Assembly: GCA_013265495.1 (NCBI GenBank)
Contig: MU058636.1
Coordinates: 8,138,295-8,202,294 of the forward strand
Direction: 5' to 3'
Length of the DNA stretch: 64,000 nt
DNA from: Vicugna vicugna
Lineage: Eukaryota
The position numbers were made by a program, and so were the translations under genes. The stretch's first letter is position 1, and each line of letters opens with the position of its first letter. Below are positions 12,574-25,233 of the stretch, in pieces. The notes under the pieces are model-generated. The model was not told where the DNA came from. It did not search any database and saw only the letters and a program-made list of their open reading frames with translations.

Positions 12574-13384
12574 CAGAAATATATTCTGTTGCACAGAGCA
12601 TTTAACTGCTTTATTTAAAACTTTAGTTCCCCTGAATAGAATGTGTTATTTTAAACCACATGTTTCTGTAATAGTCTTTTAATTCCCCATTTCAAATCTA
12701 TTTGCAGTAGCTCTGGCTCCTGACAGAAACCATTTAATAGTTCTGCCTCTTCTTTGGCCTTATACTTCTGTCCCATATTTCAGTAGTAAATATGACTAGT
12801 AAAGCTTTGATTTGTTTCTGGGAAAGTCCTCCTGGCTTTTTCCGCCTGGTTTCCTCAAGAGGTTGGAAGCTATGCCTATCTAGACTACTTTCCACTTTAT
12901 TTGACAAATTGTTTGCATTAAGTGAACTTAGAATAATTTTGGTTATTAATGGTCCATTTGCTTCTTTCCTAGGCATCTGGACTCTGACATGCTTAGAAAT
13001 TGTGCATTTTAATTATTCCCATAACTTCTTTACCAGCTTTTAATGCCTGGCCCTTTATACTATTACTGTATTTTGCTATTCAAGAAAACTCAAAGCCATA
13101 GTTTAATTAGGTGGTCTTCTTTGACTTCTTAGTGGGCAAGCCTACTCCAGAGTCAAGTTTCAGACAATCTCCCTCTTCTACTGTATAGCACAGGTTTCCA
13201 TGTACACAGCAGAGTTGTAAGGATCCCCTAATTCTCAGCTGGAGTTATTGCTCCTGTACTAGGTGGGTTTTGCTCAATTCTAACATACTTTATGGATTGT
13301 TTTTTGTACAATTTGTGGAACTTTCAGATGACTTCAAATGGAATGTTTTTAATTTTAGAGGTTTTAGAAAAGGCAGGTCAAACA

Positions 13385-13562
13385 TCAATTAAGAGCTTGG
13401 ATTCTGGGGCTAGAAGCTCAAATCCTAGCCCTAGCACTTAAAAGCCAAGTGATTCTAAGAACAGTCAGCTTTACTTTTTTTCATTTGTGTAAAGGAGGTA
13501 ATAATTCCCAACAAAGTTGTAACTAGGATTAATCAAAATAAGGCATGTGAATCCCTTAACTT
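13385..13562 (+). mobile_element. MIR SINE
   Basis: TTAAGAGCTTGGATTCTGG...TCAAATCCTAGCCCTAGCACTT...AGGATTAATCAAAATAAGGCATGTGAA. Confidence 0.7.
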
Positions 13563-14094
13563 CATCTAAATGATAACAGTGTATTCTTGGACTACAGATG
13601 TACACGTAGGTTGCAAGGTCTTTTTCTTCTCTCTGGATATACTAGTCTCCCTCTGCACACCAAGTATATATAATATAAAGCTTTTAAAAAAATCATAACA
13701 GTTACAGTACCTTGCTGTTCTTATGTAAGTCCAGAGACTACACTGGCTTGGCAGAGAGTGAATATCGAGACAATATATGTTGAATGAATACATACACTTC
13801 AGCCCAGGGTGCCTGCCCCAAATCCCACACAGTGGGCTCTGTCATTATGTCATCATCACCATCACCACCATCATCCCCCTGTTATCCACCCCCTAGCATG
13901 AATAACTGCTAGGAATACAAAGGGGTTAAAAGACAAGGGTCTTTTTTGGAGGGACTTGAAATCAAGTTAGGATGACTGTATATGTACAAAAGTCAAACAA
14001 GAACAAAACAGAAAAATCATTCAAAGCAGCACATGCTGTGTTCGGTGAGAGGTACAGTCAACAACTATGGGTAGTAGTTTTTTTTTTTTTTTGA

Positions 14095-14310
14095 ATGATG
14101 AAAAGCACAGGCTTGGAAACCATATAGTCTTATCTTATATTTCATCATTTATTTGCTGTTTGGTCTTGGCCAAATTATGTAATTTTTATTATACTCTTAC
14201 TGAATTTTGAAAACAGTCTTTTGTCTTTGAAAGCAATGTAAGTAAAAATGCTTAGAATGTGTTCAAGATAGTGTCTGATACGTTGAAATCAATCAATAAA
14301 TTGTAGTTAA
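14095..14310 (+). mobile_element. MIR SINE
   Basis: GAAAAGCACAGGCTTGG...GCTGTTTGGTCTTGGCCAAATTA...TCAATAAATTGTAGTTA. Confidence 0.6.
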
Positions 14311-15159
14311 TATTCCCATAGAAGAGAAGGCCATCCTTGAGCGTTGGGGATTTCATAGAAGAAACAGAAAACATAATAAGGACGGGATTAAAAATGTCTT
14401 CCTTACACATTAACTCAGTTTTCTGGAATCAGTTTGCACATAATGGGGCAGAGTGGTAGAGAGTGGGCAGGAATGTGTGTTGAGTTCCTGAATATCAGGT
14501 GCAGAATTGTATTCTCACTCATTGAAATTTTTGGTTAATGTTCTTTAAATAAAATATAGTGTAATTTTTATCTATTAACTTTCTGATACCTGAATTGAAC
14601 TCATGCTTCTTCACTGTCAGAGAGGTAACTGATCTAATCAATGAAAATCTGTAAAGCGAAACAATACTGTGAGGCATCATTGTGATCAAAGCTCTTCCAA
14701 TCAATACCTTTGTGGTTACTATACTGTGTCCCTAGAAAGCAATATTATCTTGATGACACTTTCCAAGTATTATTTGTAGGGAAACTAAAAGGAAAGATTC
14801 ATTTTTAATGTTTTATTTATTGGATTAGGTAATTCCAATTCCCACGCGTATTTAACAACTCACGGAGTAAAAACAGTCTGCAATAAAACAAAAGTCTCTT
14901 TTCCATGCCTTTTCTTTAGCCCAGGTTCCCCTTCTTGGAGGAAATCCCTGATACATGTTTCTTCCACAGATAATCTATGTATCTAGAGACATTCCCCTCT
15001 TTTTAAAAGCACACATCATCTATAATGTGTACATTCTTGCATTTTCACTTAATATTTCTTACTCATTTTATATTAACTCATAAGGCTCTACTTCCTGAAA
15101 CATCGTATTTAAAAATGGGGTTACTCCAGTGGAGATGCTATAGTGCTAATAGCTAGTCA

Positions 15160-15390
15160 GCATAGGTCGAGCGCTTATTGATTCATGAAGTTTACATAGA
15201 TTTTTTAATTTAATTTTTATGACACCAGGGAGTAGGTACCATTATGGTCCTGATTTTATAGATGACAAAAGTGAGGTTTAAAATGTTAAATATCTTGCCT
15301 GTGATCACACAGCTAATTGGTTGTGGAATTAGGATTCAAAGCAAGGTGGTCTGACTCCAGAATCCACACCGTAAGTGCTGTATTGCCTCC
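15160..15390 (-). mobile_element. MIR SINE
   Basis: GTAGGTACCATTATGGTCCTGATTTTATAGATGACAAAAGTGAGG...ATCACACAGCTAA...GTCTGACTCCAGAATCC. Confidence 0.8.
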
Positions 15391-15469
15391 CAGATTTCAT
15401 ACTTTTCAATTTCGAGAAGACAATCGGGTAAATTATTGTATAAACAAACCAAAGATAGTGTAATTAGTA

Positions 15470-15845
15470 ACAATGATATTACTGATGGAAATAGCTAACG
15501 CCTCTGTCAGTGCTAAAGGATGTCCGAGAACACCGGAAGTTCTGGTGATAGACCAGGTGGCTCTGGGGACTGAAGAGGGCAGATGGAGCAGCTGCAGTGC
15601 CCAGACAACAGCAGTGTGGTCAGGGATACCAGCCACTGCGGCCGCAGAGTTGGAAGATGCCACCAAGTCTGAGGAAGCTGTGGTGATGGATGCTGGCAAT
15701 GTAACTGTTCATGATGTCTTTATGACTCCCTGTGAGGATGGTTATTATTAGCCTTAAGTTGTAGATGAAAAACTGAGGCTCAGGTAAGTTGCCCTATGTC
15801 TCACACAGCTAAGAAGTGACAGGACCCAGATTCAAAGCCAGGCCC
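15470..15845 (-). mobile_element. MIR SINE interrupted by an unrelated 165-bp insert (15523-15687)
   Basis: AATAGCTAAC...AGTGCTAA before the insert; GATGAAAAACTGAGGCTCAGG...TCACACAGCTAAGAAGTGACAGGACCCAGATTCAAAGCCAGG after it. Confidence 0.7.
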
Positions 15846-17401
15846 TAACGCCCCCTGGAAAGGAGGTGGTGCTGCCATCCTGCTCACACCATCTGTCAGG
15901 CATGCCAGCCTCGAAACCCCAGCTTTGTATCGCTTGCTGGTGTGGTTTCTAACTTTCCCCTCTATGTTTGTGTAATATGTTTCAAGTGGAAGTCTGTAAG
16001 AAAGTTGAACACAAAATTGAAGCAGCAGCTGGTATATCCTTGCCACTCCGTAAAATGGGCAACTTCTTTCCTTTTGCTGGCATCTCCCAAGGGAGTTCCG
16101 TATAATCAGGTATGAAACAGTCGTTCCTCCTTCTGGGAAGGAATTCTGTCCGACAGAAAACACGTTGGAAGCCCTAGTCACCATTAATTAAAAGTGTAGC
16201 TTTGAAGGTGAGGACAGAGATAGGGATTAACTGGAGTGAAGTTAGGTTGTGGGGAAACGGGGTTACAGAGGTGGGCCTGGAACAGGTAACGCATAGAGGA
16301 GAAATAGAAATATCCCCCAAACATCGATACCTTAAATACCCTCTTTCACTTTTGAGTGGTTTGAACTATATTCTGAAACATTAGAGAAGTGAAAAATGAA
16401 AGTGTTAACGCCTTATTAAAAACAAACATAACCAAAATGCTTAGGTTATGGACACTTACATTGCGCAGCTCAAATTGAAATGGAGGATCAATATAAGGTG
16501 AATATTTTCTTTTTGAATTATTTAGACCAAGGATTCGGGTGTTCATTTTGCTTTTAACTAAATCATGTCTGGCATGCTATTTATTATTTGAAAAGTCTTT
16601 AAGTCTCATTGTCATCCAGATAAGCAGTGTCTCTGATAAAAAGGAAAGGAGATATTTTTGCATGACCCTAGTGCAAAGATGGATTCTCTATGTGACCCTG
16701 ATACACTGCTTCTAAAAACTGTTAATTTCTTTATATATGGGATGGGAATAAAAGTACAGATTTTCTTCGTAGAAACATTTCTCAGATTCTTTCATTGAAC
16801 ACGTATATCTGGCTGTCTCCCCAATTTGCTCAGAGGAGGCACCCAAGCCCTGGGACAAGTTCTCCTAAACGTTCCCGTGACTCCCCCAGGAAGTGATCCC
16901 AGGTGCCAGGCAATGTTCCGTGACCTTGTGCCACCCCACTGGTACATGGTCTGCCCTTGGCTTGATGTGGTAGCTGCTGGGGCTGCTGTCCAAACCCTAG
17001 TGGTATGCTGATGGTCTGTCTCACTCCAGGCAGAAGGTGCTCCAGAGTCCAGTTTTTTCCTGCAGGCCATGGCCCAAAGCCCTCAGGGTGTGATGATTTA
17101 TGCTGGAATGGGGGAATGGGGCTGAGGGACTCTCTCTCCTTTTGAGTCAAGATCTGTTCGAGGTTCGTAGAGCAGACTTTCTTAGGTCCCAACATATTCT
17201 GAGGGAAGCAGCTTTTTCTCATTGCGTACGGTTCTTTTGACCTTAGAGTCAGATGTATGTGTTCAGTGGCTGGGCCAGAGATAGACTTTCCCTCCCTATA
17301 TCTATCTTCGGCCAGAGGGTCACCAGAATCAATGGATTCTCGGGTTCACCCACTGAATTTCCATAAGTTTGTCCGAGGCATTTGCATTTTTAACAAATTC
17401 T

Positions 17402-17885
17402 GTTTTCTTCCTTTCTTCCTTTCTTCCTTCCTTCCTTTCTTTCTTTCTTTCCCTTTCTTTCTTCCTTTCTTCCTTCCTTTCTTTCTTTCTTTCTTTCTTT
17501 CCTTCCTTCCTTCCTTCCTTCCTTTCTTCCTTTCTTTCCTTCCTTCCTTCCTTCCTTCCTTCCTTTCCTTCCTTCTTTCCTTCCTTCCTTTCTTTTTCTT
17601 TTTCTTCCTTCCTTCCTTCCTTCCTCTTTCTCCCTTTCTCTCTTTCTTTCCTTCCTTCCTTCTTTCCTTCCTTCCTTCCTTCCTTTCTTTTTCTTTTTCT
17701 TTCTTCCTTCCTTCCTTCCTCTTTCTCCCTTTCTCTCTTTCTTTCCTTCTTTCTCTCATTCTGTCTCTTTCTCTTTCTTTCTCTCTTTCTCTCTCTCTTT
17801 CTTCCTTCCTTCCTTCCTTCCTTCCTTCCTTCCTCCCTCCCTCCCTCCCTTTCTGTCTTTCTGTCTTTCTATCTTTCTTTCCATC
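17402..17885. repeat. Compound polypyrimidine microsatellite (CTTT/CCTT/CT/CCCT/CTGT)
   Basis: About 480 bp, almost purine-free on the + strand. Confidence 0.98.
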
Positions 17886-17887
17886 TA

Positions 17888-18106
17888 TCTTAGATTGAAT
17901 GTTTGTATCCTCCCAAAATTCGTGTGTTAAAATCCTAACCTCCAAAATTTCAGAGAAAAGTTGGCCATCTACAAAGTGAGCTCTCACCAGACACCAGATC
18001 TGCTGGTGCCATAATTTTGGAATTTCCAGTCTCCAGAACTGTTAGAAATAAATGCTACTCAGCTTATGGTATTTTGTTATAGCAGCTCAAACAGAAGAAC
18101 ACAGAC
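17888..18106 (+). mobile_element. MaLR LTR MLT1A/A0-like, internally deleted
   Basis: GATTGAATGTTTGTATCCTCCCAAAATTC...CTCCAGAACTGTTAGAAATAAATG...TATGGTATTTTGTTATAGCAGC. Confidence 0.85.
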
Positions 18107-18149
18107 ACACACACTCTCTCTCTCTCTTTCTCTCTGTTATATATCTTAA

Positions 18150-18440
18150 TTAATACATTCATGACATGTTTATTTACATTTATTGAGCACCTGCTATGTG
18201 CTAGGTACTGAGGATACAATGGTAATCATGGCAAACCTGGTTTTTGACTTCAAGGGAAAGAAGTCATTAATCAATATTTACACAAATATATAACTATAAA
18301 CTGATAAAAACCACGAAGGATTATGTCAGATTTTTCAACAAGAGCTTCAGATCTAGGGTGATGAGATGAGGAAAGACTGCTGATAAAGTAACCTTGAGCT
18401 AAAAGCTGAACTGTGAATAGATGTACTAGGACTGCTGGAG
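18150..18440 (-). mobile_element. L2 3' end
   Basis: CATTTATTGAGCACCTGCTATGTGCTAGGTACTGAGGATACAATGG. Confidence 0.8.
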
Positions 18441-18559
18441 GCGGGCATATGTTTTGAGTCACTTCCATAAGTAGACTATTAGAAGTAAAACTTCTAGGTC
18501 AAAATTTACAACCTAAAAAAATTATTTAGATGTTTTTTCATTTGTAGTTTTTCTCTAAT

Positions 18560-19622
18560 TTTTAATTTAAAAATTCATTTAAAACTATTTTTGTATAATT
18601 CAAACTTTCAGAGCAGTTGCAAATGCAGCAGAAAGATCTTTTTTTCCCCCTCAAACCATTTAAAACATGATGTTTCCAACCTGGTAGCCTAGCACTCTGG
18701 AATACTTTATATCCATTTCCTTCAAATAAGGACATTCTTTTATATAAGCACACTGTAATCAAATTCTGGGAATTAACACTGATTCATTAGTACCATATAA
18801 TTCTTAGATTTCATTCTAGTTTTGCTAATTTTCCTAATTAGGTCTTTTATAACAAAAGATCCAGCTCAGAATCACGTGTTGCTTCTAGTTCTCAGGTCTC
18901 TTTAGTAAGTTTCAGTCTTCAGCGTTTCCTCAGTTTTTACTTAACTATCACGACCTTGACTTTTTTGAAGATACTGGCTAGGTATTTTGTAGAATGTCCC
19001 TCCAATTGGATTGCCTGATGTTTGCTCGTGGTCAGGTTCGGGATATGCATTTTTGGAGCAGGAATGTCACAGAAGTGATGCTGTGTTTTTATTGCAGCCT
19101 TTCAGGTGTCACAAGATTTCAAATTGTCCCATTACTGATAATGTTTATTTTATTCACTTGATTAAAGTGGTGTCTATGGAATTCTCTCCTGAAAAATTAT
19201 TCCTTTTCCATTTGAAATTAATACATGTTTTGAAACTCTTAAAATATCTTGTTCTTTATAAAATTTTCAGTTGATTTATTTTCTTATTTATATCAGATTG
19301 GACTTATTGTTCCCAATTTTATAAAATTGGTTATAATCCATTATCATTGCTATTTAATTTGATGCTCAACTTGTCCCATATCTGGCTGGTTTCTGTGTCC
19401 TCTTGACATTTCTCCTCTATTATTTGAGCACTTCATTACTTTCTGGTACAAGATATCCCAGGTTCATCTTGGACTTTTCATTCTAGTCCTGGAATCAACC
19501 ATTTCCCAAGAGAGCTGTAACCCTTTTACTGGAGTCTATTATTTAAAATACGATGATCTAGGTGCTAGGTGTGCTCATTCTATGGGTTTTCACTGCTCCA
19601 AGTCCTTCTTTGTGATGGAGCT

Positions 19623-19668
<46 letters not shown>

Positions 19669-20380
19669 ATTATTTCTATATCTGTCTATTTGCAAACCGT
19701 GAGTTCACACTAATATCTTCAATTCTAATCCCAAACCATAGAATTCTAATTTCCTCTCTTTCCATATTTGTAATTCCTTCCAATGACAATGGGAAATATG
19801 GTTCCCATTATCTTAACATATTTCCTTATTTGTTAATCTTCCTGTATGTAATCAGTATCCCGTCGCCACCGCTGTCCCTCCCCCTTGTGGATGCCCTTCT
19901 CGGCCAGCTCGGGTCCCGCCACCTACGACACAGACACACTCTTTTCCCTGCTGTGAATCTAACATCCTGCACCAGCCACCCGTCTCCTGTGTGTACACCC
20001 TTCTTATTTGCTCATGCTTAACACTCAGTGCTGGGCTTCCCCTCCGCGTCTCACTCTGGACGCACCCTCTTCTTCCTGCTCAGGTTCCAGTCGTCTGCCC
20101 CGGGCTTCCTTCCGAGTGGGTCCCTCCTCATTCCTCTTGTGCTCCGACACTCTACAGCAGCGAGCCTTTCTGCAGTGATGCTCTCCCAGCCCATCTGGAC
20201 TCTGATGTGTGGGCCACGGTTCTGGGTGGACGCCCTGCTTGCCCTGTGTAATCTCTGTCACCTCGTGCTGAGCCATCCTGTAGGTGTGCCGGGACACCTC
20301 TTCATTCTAATCAGGCGCTGACACCCTGCTTCTGTGTGGCTTGGAACTTCCTGCTATCCATGGATCTCCCCATCCTTTGC
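18560..20380 (-). mobile_element. L1MC4/L1MC5-like 3' region including GC-rich degenerate tandem repeat (19860-20380)
   Basis: ATAAGGACATTCTTT...TTTTGTAGAATGTCCCTC...CACAGAAGTGATGCTGTG...TGGAATCAACCATTTCCCAAG; repeated GGAYGCCCT...CTCYGACAC units. Confidence 0.75.
19627..19663. repeat. (AC)18 microsatellite
   Basis: Direct read. Confidence 0.98.
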
Positions 20381-20859
20381 TATTTTATCATATTTCCTTC
20401 TCACTTTTTCTTTATGCATTTAAAAATATTGCTGATAACTATAGTTATATTTTTTAATCTTGACTATACAGCATACATTTTCTCAAGTCATTAAGAATGT
20501 TTTGTAAATGTAACTTTGAATGACATTACATGGAAGTACTATTGTTGGTTCACAATTGCAGGTTACTACCTTAGGATAGGCTCCTAGAAGAGGAATTATT
20601 AGGTCAAAAGAGCCAATATATTAAAGGTTCTTGATAGACATGTTCAGACAACAACTTCAGAAAGGTTATTGATTCAATGGTCCCTAAGTCAATTTATAAA
20701 TGTACTGTCATGCCAATAAAAATATTGTCAGAATTTTTAAAAAAGCAAAACAAGTTGATTATAAAATTTGTTTAGAAGAATAAACAAACAATGGTCAGAA
20801 AATTCTGAAAAAGAAAAGCAATGGATAGGTTTGGTGGAACTGCGCTTATCGGCTTCTCT

Positions 20860-21740
20860 AATTAAATGAGTATGATATTGGTGACTGAATAGACAGACAA
20901 CCAGAAAATTCAGAAATAGACCCAAATGAGTATTAAAACTTGGTGTATGAAAAAGGTAGCATCTCAAATCAACGTGATATGCAGTGTTAGCGTAACTGGA
21001 CAGCCACGTGGAAAAAGATCAAATTGGATCTGCTCCTCAGTTCATATACCAAGATAAACTGCAAATGTTTTAGAAAGGTACCTATAGCAAGGGAAATCAA
21101 GAAAGTCCCAGAAGGAAACTTGAGTTTTTAAAGTGAACCAAAATTAGAAGCATAAAAAAACGGATACATTTAACTACACAAAATAATCTTCACCACACCA
21201 AAAAATACCGTAAGAAAATTTTAGAAATGACAATGGAAAAAAAAGTATTTGTTACTCACCTCAGAGACAAAGGGCGAATAAATCTAACACATAAAAAGAA
21301 GATAATGACCAAAATTCTAATTTAAAAAAGGCAAAAGATAAGAAATGTTTACAGAAAAAATAATGCAAAATATCATTAATATACAAAAGAGGTATTGCTC
21401 ATAATAAGAGAAATACATACTAAAATTACACTCACATACCATTTCTCAATTATCAGATTGCCAAAATTTTAAATGTCTATGATATTTTGTTGGTGAGTCT
21501 GTGGGAAATACAAAATGGCACAACCTCTGTGGAAGGGAACTTGAAATTATTCAGCAAAGCTACATATGCATCTTATCTTTCCCTCAGCAATTCCACTTCA
21601 AAGAATCTATCCAATGTATCCATGGGCAAAAATATGAAAAGAAAAAATAATGTGAAAAATTATGGAAAGGAGTGGAATATTGGAGTCACCCAAATGGCCT
21701 TCAGTAGGGTGGTGGTTGAATAAATTTTAGTATAAATATT
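20860..21740 (+). mobile_element. Old L1 (L1ME-like) ORF2 3' remnant
   Basis: CAGAAATAGACCCAAATG...ATATACCAAGATAAACTGCAAATG...CCCTCAGCAATTCCACTTC. Confidence 0.7.
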
Positions 21741-21859
21741 TAGTGATTGGTAGGTACTGGTTTATAACAAACTACCCCAAAAAAACCTTTGTTGAAGGTA
21801 GGTTTTAAAGTCGTGCACGTGTCATAGCAAACACACACACAAGCACACACAAACGAAAA

Positions 21860-22170
21860 TATATATTCCTCATTTTACACAAATAGTAGTATATTAAACA
21901 CACTTCTTTCTCCTTGACATTTTACTTAAATATCAGATATAAAAAGTTTCCCGTTCTTCGTTGTGTCTACATGCTATTCCATCAATGAATACATCATTAT
22001 TTATCAAACCAGTATCTTATTGAAGGACACTTAGGTTGTTTCCAACTCTTTGTTATTAAAACTGTGATACATTACTCTGTATGAACACACACATACACAT
22101 ACATATATAATATTGCACATATGTGAGTATATCCTAGGCTGCTTCCTTAGAAGTGGAAATCCAGCACATT
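21860..22170 (-). mobile_element. Old L1 (L1ME-like) 3' fragment
   Basis: TATTCCATCAATGAATACATCATTATTTATCAAACCAG...TATTGAAGGACACTTAGGTTGTTTCCAA. Confidence 0.65.
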
Positions 22171-23492
22171 TGAAATTCCCCTCTCATCTAACACTTCAAT
22201 GCTGACTGTTTCTTATTTAGTTTCACATACAGTGATGCATTTGTTCTTTGAAGAATTCCTCCAGGGCTTTTAAAAAAATAGTACAAAGTTGCAATAGAGA
22301 TTGGAAGCAGTGTGTTTTGGTGTCAGTTTTTCAAAATTATCCATTACCAACAAATGGGAAAAGCTGTGACCTATAGAAGAAAAAATGCAATTATATTTCC
22401 TTCCATGTATTTGCATTAGCCTGCTGACTGAAATTGAAAAATGCTTTATTACAATGGGTGAAAATCTGGAATCAGTCATTCCACATAATCAGTCTGCACA
22501 ATATTGCATCAGGGGCAATAACAAAGTCAACTACATACAAAGCCAGACTTCATGCTTTGAGAAACAAAACGCAGACAGAATAGTTACTACAAGTGGAACG
22601 TTTGGACAAGAGTTCCAAATGACACATAGGTAACATGGAAGAAATAGAGATTTAAAGACTATTTTTTTTTTTAGTGTTTTTTCCTTTGTTTCTCTGAAAG
22701 ATGAGCTTACCATGACTTGGGGGAGATTTAAAGAACTGAAACATTTAAAAAATAGATTGGGTGTTAGCAATTACTATGAAGAAAGGAAAATGGCTCATAA
22801 TACAGAAAATATCTTGGAAGGTTGGGTAGATTTATGATAGAAAGTGATCAAGACTCAGGCAATGCTGTGAACAGCTCAGAGTCATATAAGAAAAGTAGAC
22901 AAGAGCAATCAGTATAAGAATACAAACTCTGGAAGCTAAAGTGTTGTCCGATGGTCGAGAGTTCTCATCAAAATACTTATGAATATAAGTTTCCCCTTAC
23001 TTTCCTTATAACATCAATGTGTATTTGTATTTGTGTGTGTATATTTGATTCTTTCATTCCCTCGGATAACTGGAAAGATTTAAATACTCTGCACTTTAGA
23101 ATATTACGTCTTGGATGCAGCATCTTTGCTCTATGTGGTATGGATACTTCTTCAGTACACGTAATTTAAACCTATATTTCTCTTTTCCACTCAATCATCT
23201 GTCCTCTAATTTAAAGCCATCAAATTGAATTGGTTTTTATTCTCCATACATTAAGCCCTCGTAGAAAGACTCTTTTGTTTTCTTATTTGTGGGAATTTCT
23301 TGCTGTCACATTTTGGCATTCTTCCACACACTAAGCAGTTGTGAAGAATTGGCAAATATCCATGAATCTAGTTCTAAAGAAATGTGTCCTTCACTGTGTA
23401 TCTCCCATTTCCTCTTGACCTGACCTTTCTCTTTGACCTGGCTTGACTTGTCTAATTGTGACTGTGATGCCAAGTTCCTTCTGCTGATGACC

Positions 23493-23494
<2 letters not shown>

Positions 23495-23524
<30 letters not shown>
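23495..23524. repeat. (AC)15 microsatellite
   Basis: Direct read. Confidence 0.98.
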
Positions 23525-23526
<2 letters not shown>

Positions 23527-24179
23527 CTGGGGAAGCTGACCGGGCTGACTTTTGTGGGGTGGTTATAAAGGCAGAATGAGGAAGTTGGAGAGTAATGGTA
23601 GGAATTCAGCAGATACTGCAGAGCAAATTGATTCAAACGATGAGCTACACCCATTGTACATATGCTGAGTAGGCGGCAATGTATTCACATCTTTCCTTTT
23701 CATGAGGCAAGTGGCTACTTTTGTGCACAGAGGAGAATAGTCCACGTCTAGTTTGTTTCCTGTCCTTTGATTCAGGCTGTTTTATATTGCCAAGAACCAG
23801 AAAAGGCTGGAGCCACTGTGTGCTGACATAGTCCATGCAGTTCAGTTGGGAATAGTGGCAGCCAAATGCTTCCAAAGATGGAGGTACTGTGGTTTCCATT
23901 GGCTCACCTGTGTCTGCCTACCTTATTTAAAAACATATTGACCTACTGAAAACTGCAGATGAAATACAGAGCCTTCTAATTTCTGTCATCATCATCACCT
24001 TAAAAAAAATCCTAGTTTCTTTTAGAGATCCAACACTGTGTTAATGTTTTGCCAGACAGAATACTTCGCTAGCCTTCTGCAAAGGCCTTTTTTCTCTCCA
24101 GTCAATCCATAGATTCCTTTTTCCACAGTGCTGCCTGGAATATCACTGATTTACAGTGAATTTAATTTTAATCATCACT

Positions 24180-24725
24180 GCTCCTTCCTTCCTCCATTTC
24201 TTCCTTCCTTCTTTCTTTCCTTCCTTCCTTCTTCCCACCCTTCCTTTCTTTTTTTTTTCTTTTATTCAATACGTATTTAAGGTCTATTTGCTTAACACCA
24301 TGCCAGGTACCAAGGACACAGTGGTGATAATGTAACACCAGGAATCTATAGTCTAGAAGGGAAGAAAGATATTTTAAACATTAGTGAACTGTAGTTGTAA
24401 TAAGCACTGTAAAGGGGAAGTACAAGATAATATGTGTGAACAACAGGATGAAGTTACCTGCCTGTGGAATCGACGTTTAGAAGGAGATCTGGTGAGTTTA
24501 GTAGAAATTATTGAGACAAAGGATATGAAGGTAGGGTCAGAGTCCACAGGAGTTTTTTCAGGCAGAGAGAATGGAATGTGCAAAGTCCCTAAAACCCAAA
24601 GGAACAGGGTTGACTCAAATCATAAAAAGGGTTTTGAGGCTTGAATTCAGAGTGGATGAAGTGAGTCTGAGATGTTATGCAGAGGCCAGATGGACCAGGT
24701 TGTCATAGTTAGGTTGAGTTTAAGG
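24180..24725 (-). mobile_element. L2 3' end preceded by a (CCTT)n tract
   Basis: TTATTCAATACGTATTTAAGG...TGCCAGGTACCAAGGACACAGTGGTGA...TCAGGCAGAGAGAATGGAATGTGCAAAGTCCC. Confidence 0.75.
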
Positions 24726-25233
24726 TTTATCCTGTTGTCATAAAATGCCTGTGAGATAGAGCTAAAGAAGACAGACACAATGCACACAGATATTTAAGAG
24801 GAATAAACTGCTGTAATAATGTAATCGGCATTTTTATTTTGAAATGTGGAACCATCAATTTCTTTGTTCTGGGAAGAACTGTTTTAATGTCTCCATCGCG
24901 ACCCTGTAAGACAAGTTGAAACCTGCTCTTCCAAGGGAAGGACATATCCTAATGAGAGAGATTCTTGCCAGGAGAATCACCTCATTCTGCTCCATAGAGA
25001 GTCGTGCTGCTTCCCCACAGTGACCTCAAGCCTTTGGACTCAGACAGGAGGATAAAGAGTTGAAACACTTTCATAGGAACCATGGGAATTTCTGGGCGGA
25101 AGAGGATTATGATCTCTCTTAGAGTTCAAAGTTATACCCCCTCTGATGGATTAGGGTAGCACCGACTGAGGCCCATTAATAGGAAAGAATAAAGAATTTC
25201 CTCCTCCTTTTCTCCCAAAGAATGCATCAGTGA

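Noticed and set aside
15846..15864. CTCF-like CCAGGGGGCG on the minus strand (similar case at ~53986-54003)
   Set aside because: Lacks the near-invariant C at core position 5 and has no upstream module
16792..17222. GC-richer unique segment with several overlapping ORFs (61-130 aa)
   Set aside because: No recognisable domain or convincing splice structure; ORFs are compatible with chance at this GC content
17257..17987. Longest ORFs in the track (213, 213 and 174 aa)
   Set aside because: Translations of the stop-free polypyrimidine microsatellite (F/L/S/P or K/E/R/G low complexity)
22385..22633. 82-aa ORF ending near a GT donor-like site
   Set aside because: No recognisable homology or acceptor site; the region is better explained as non-coding
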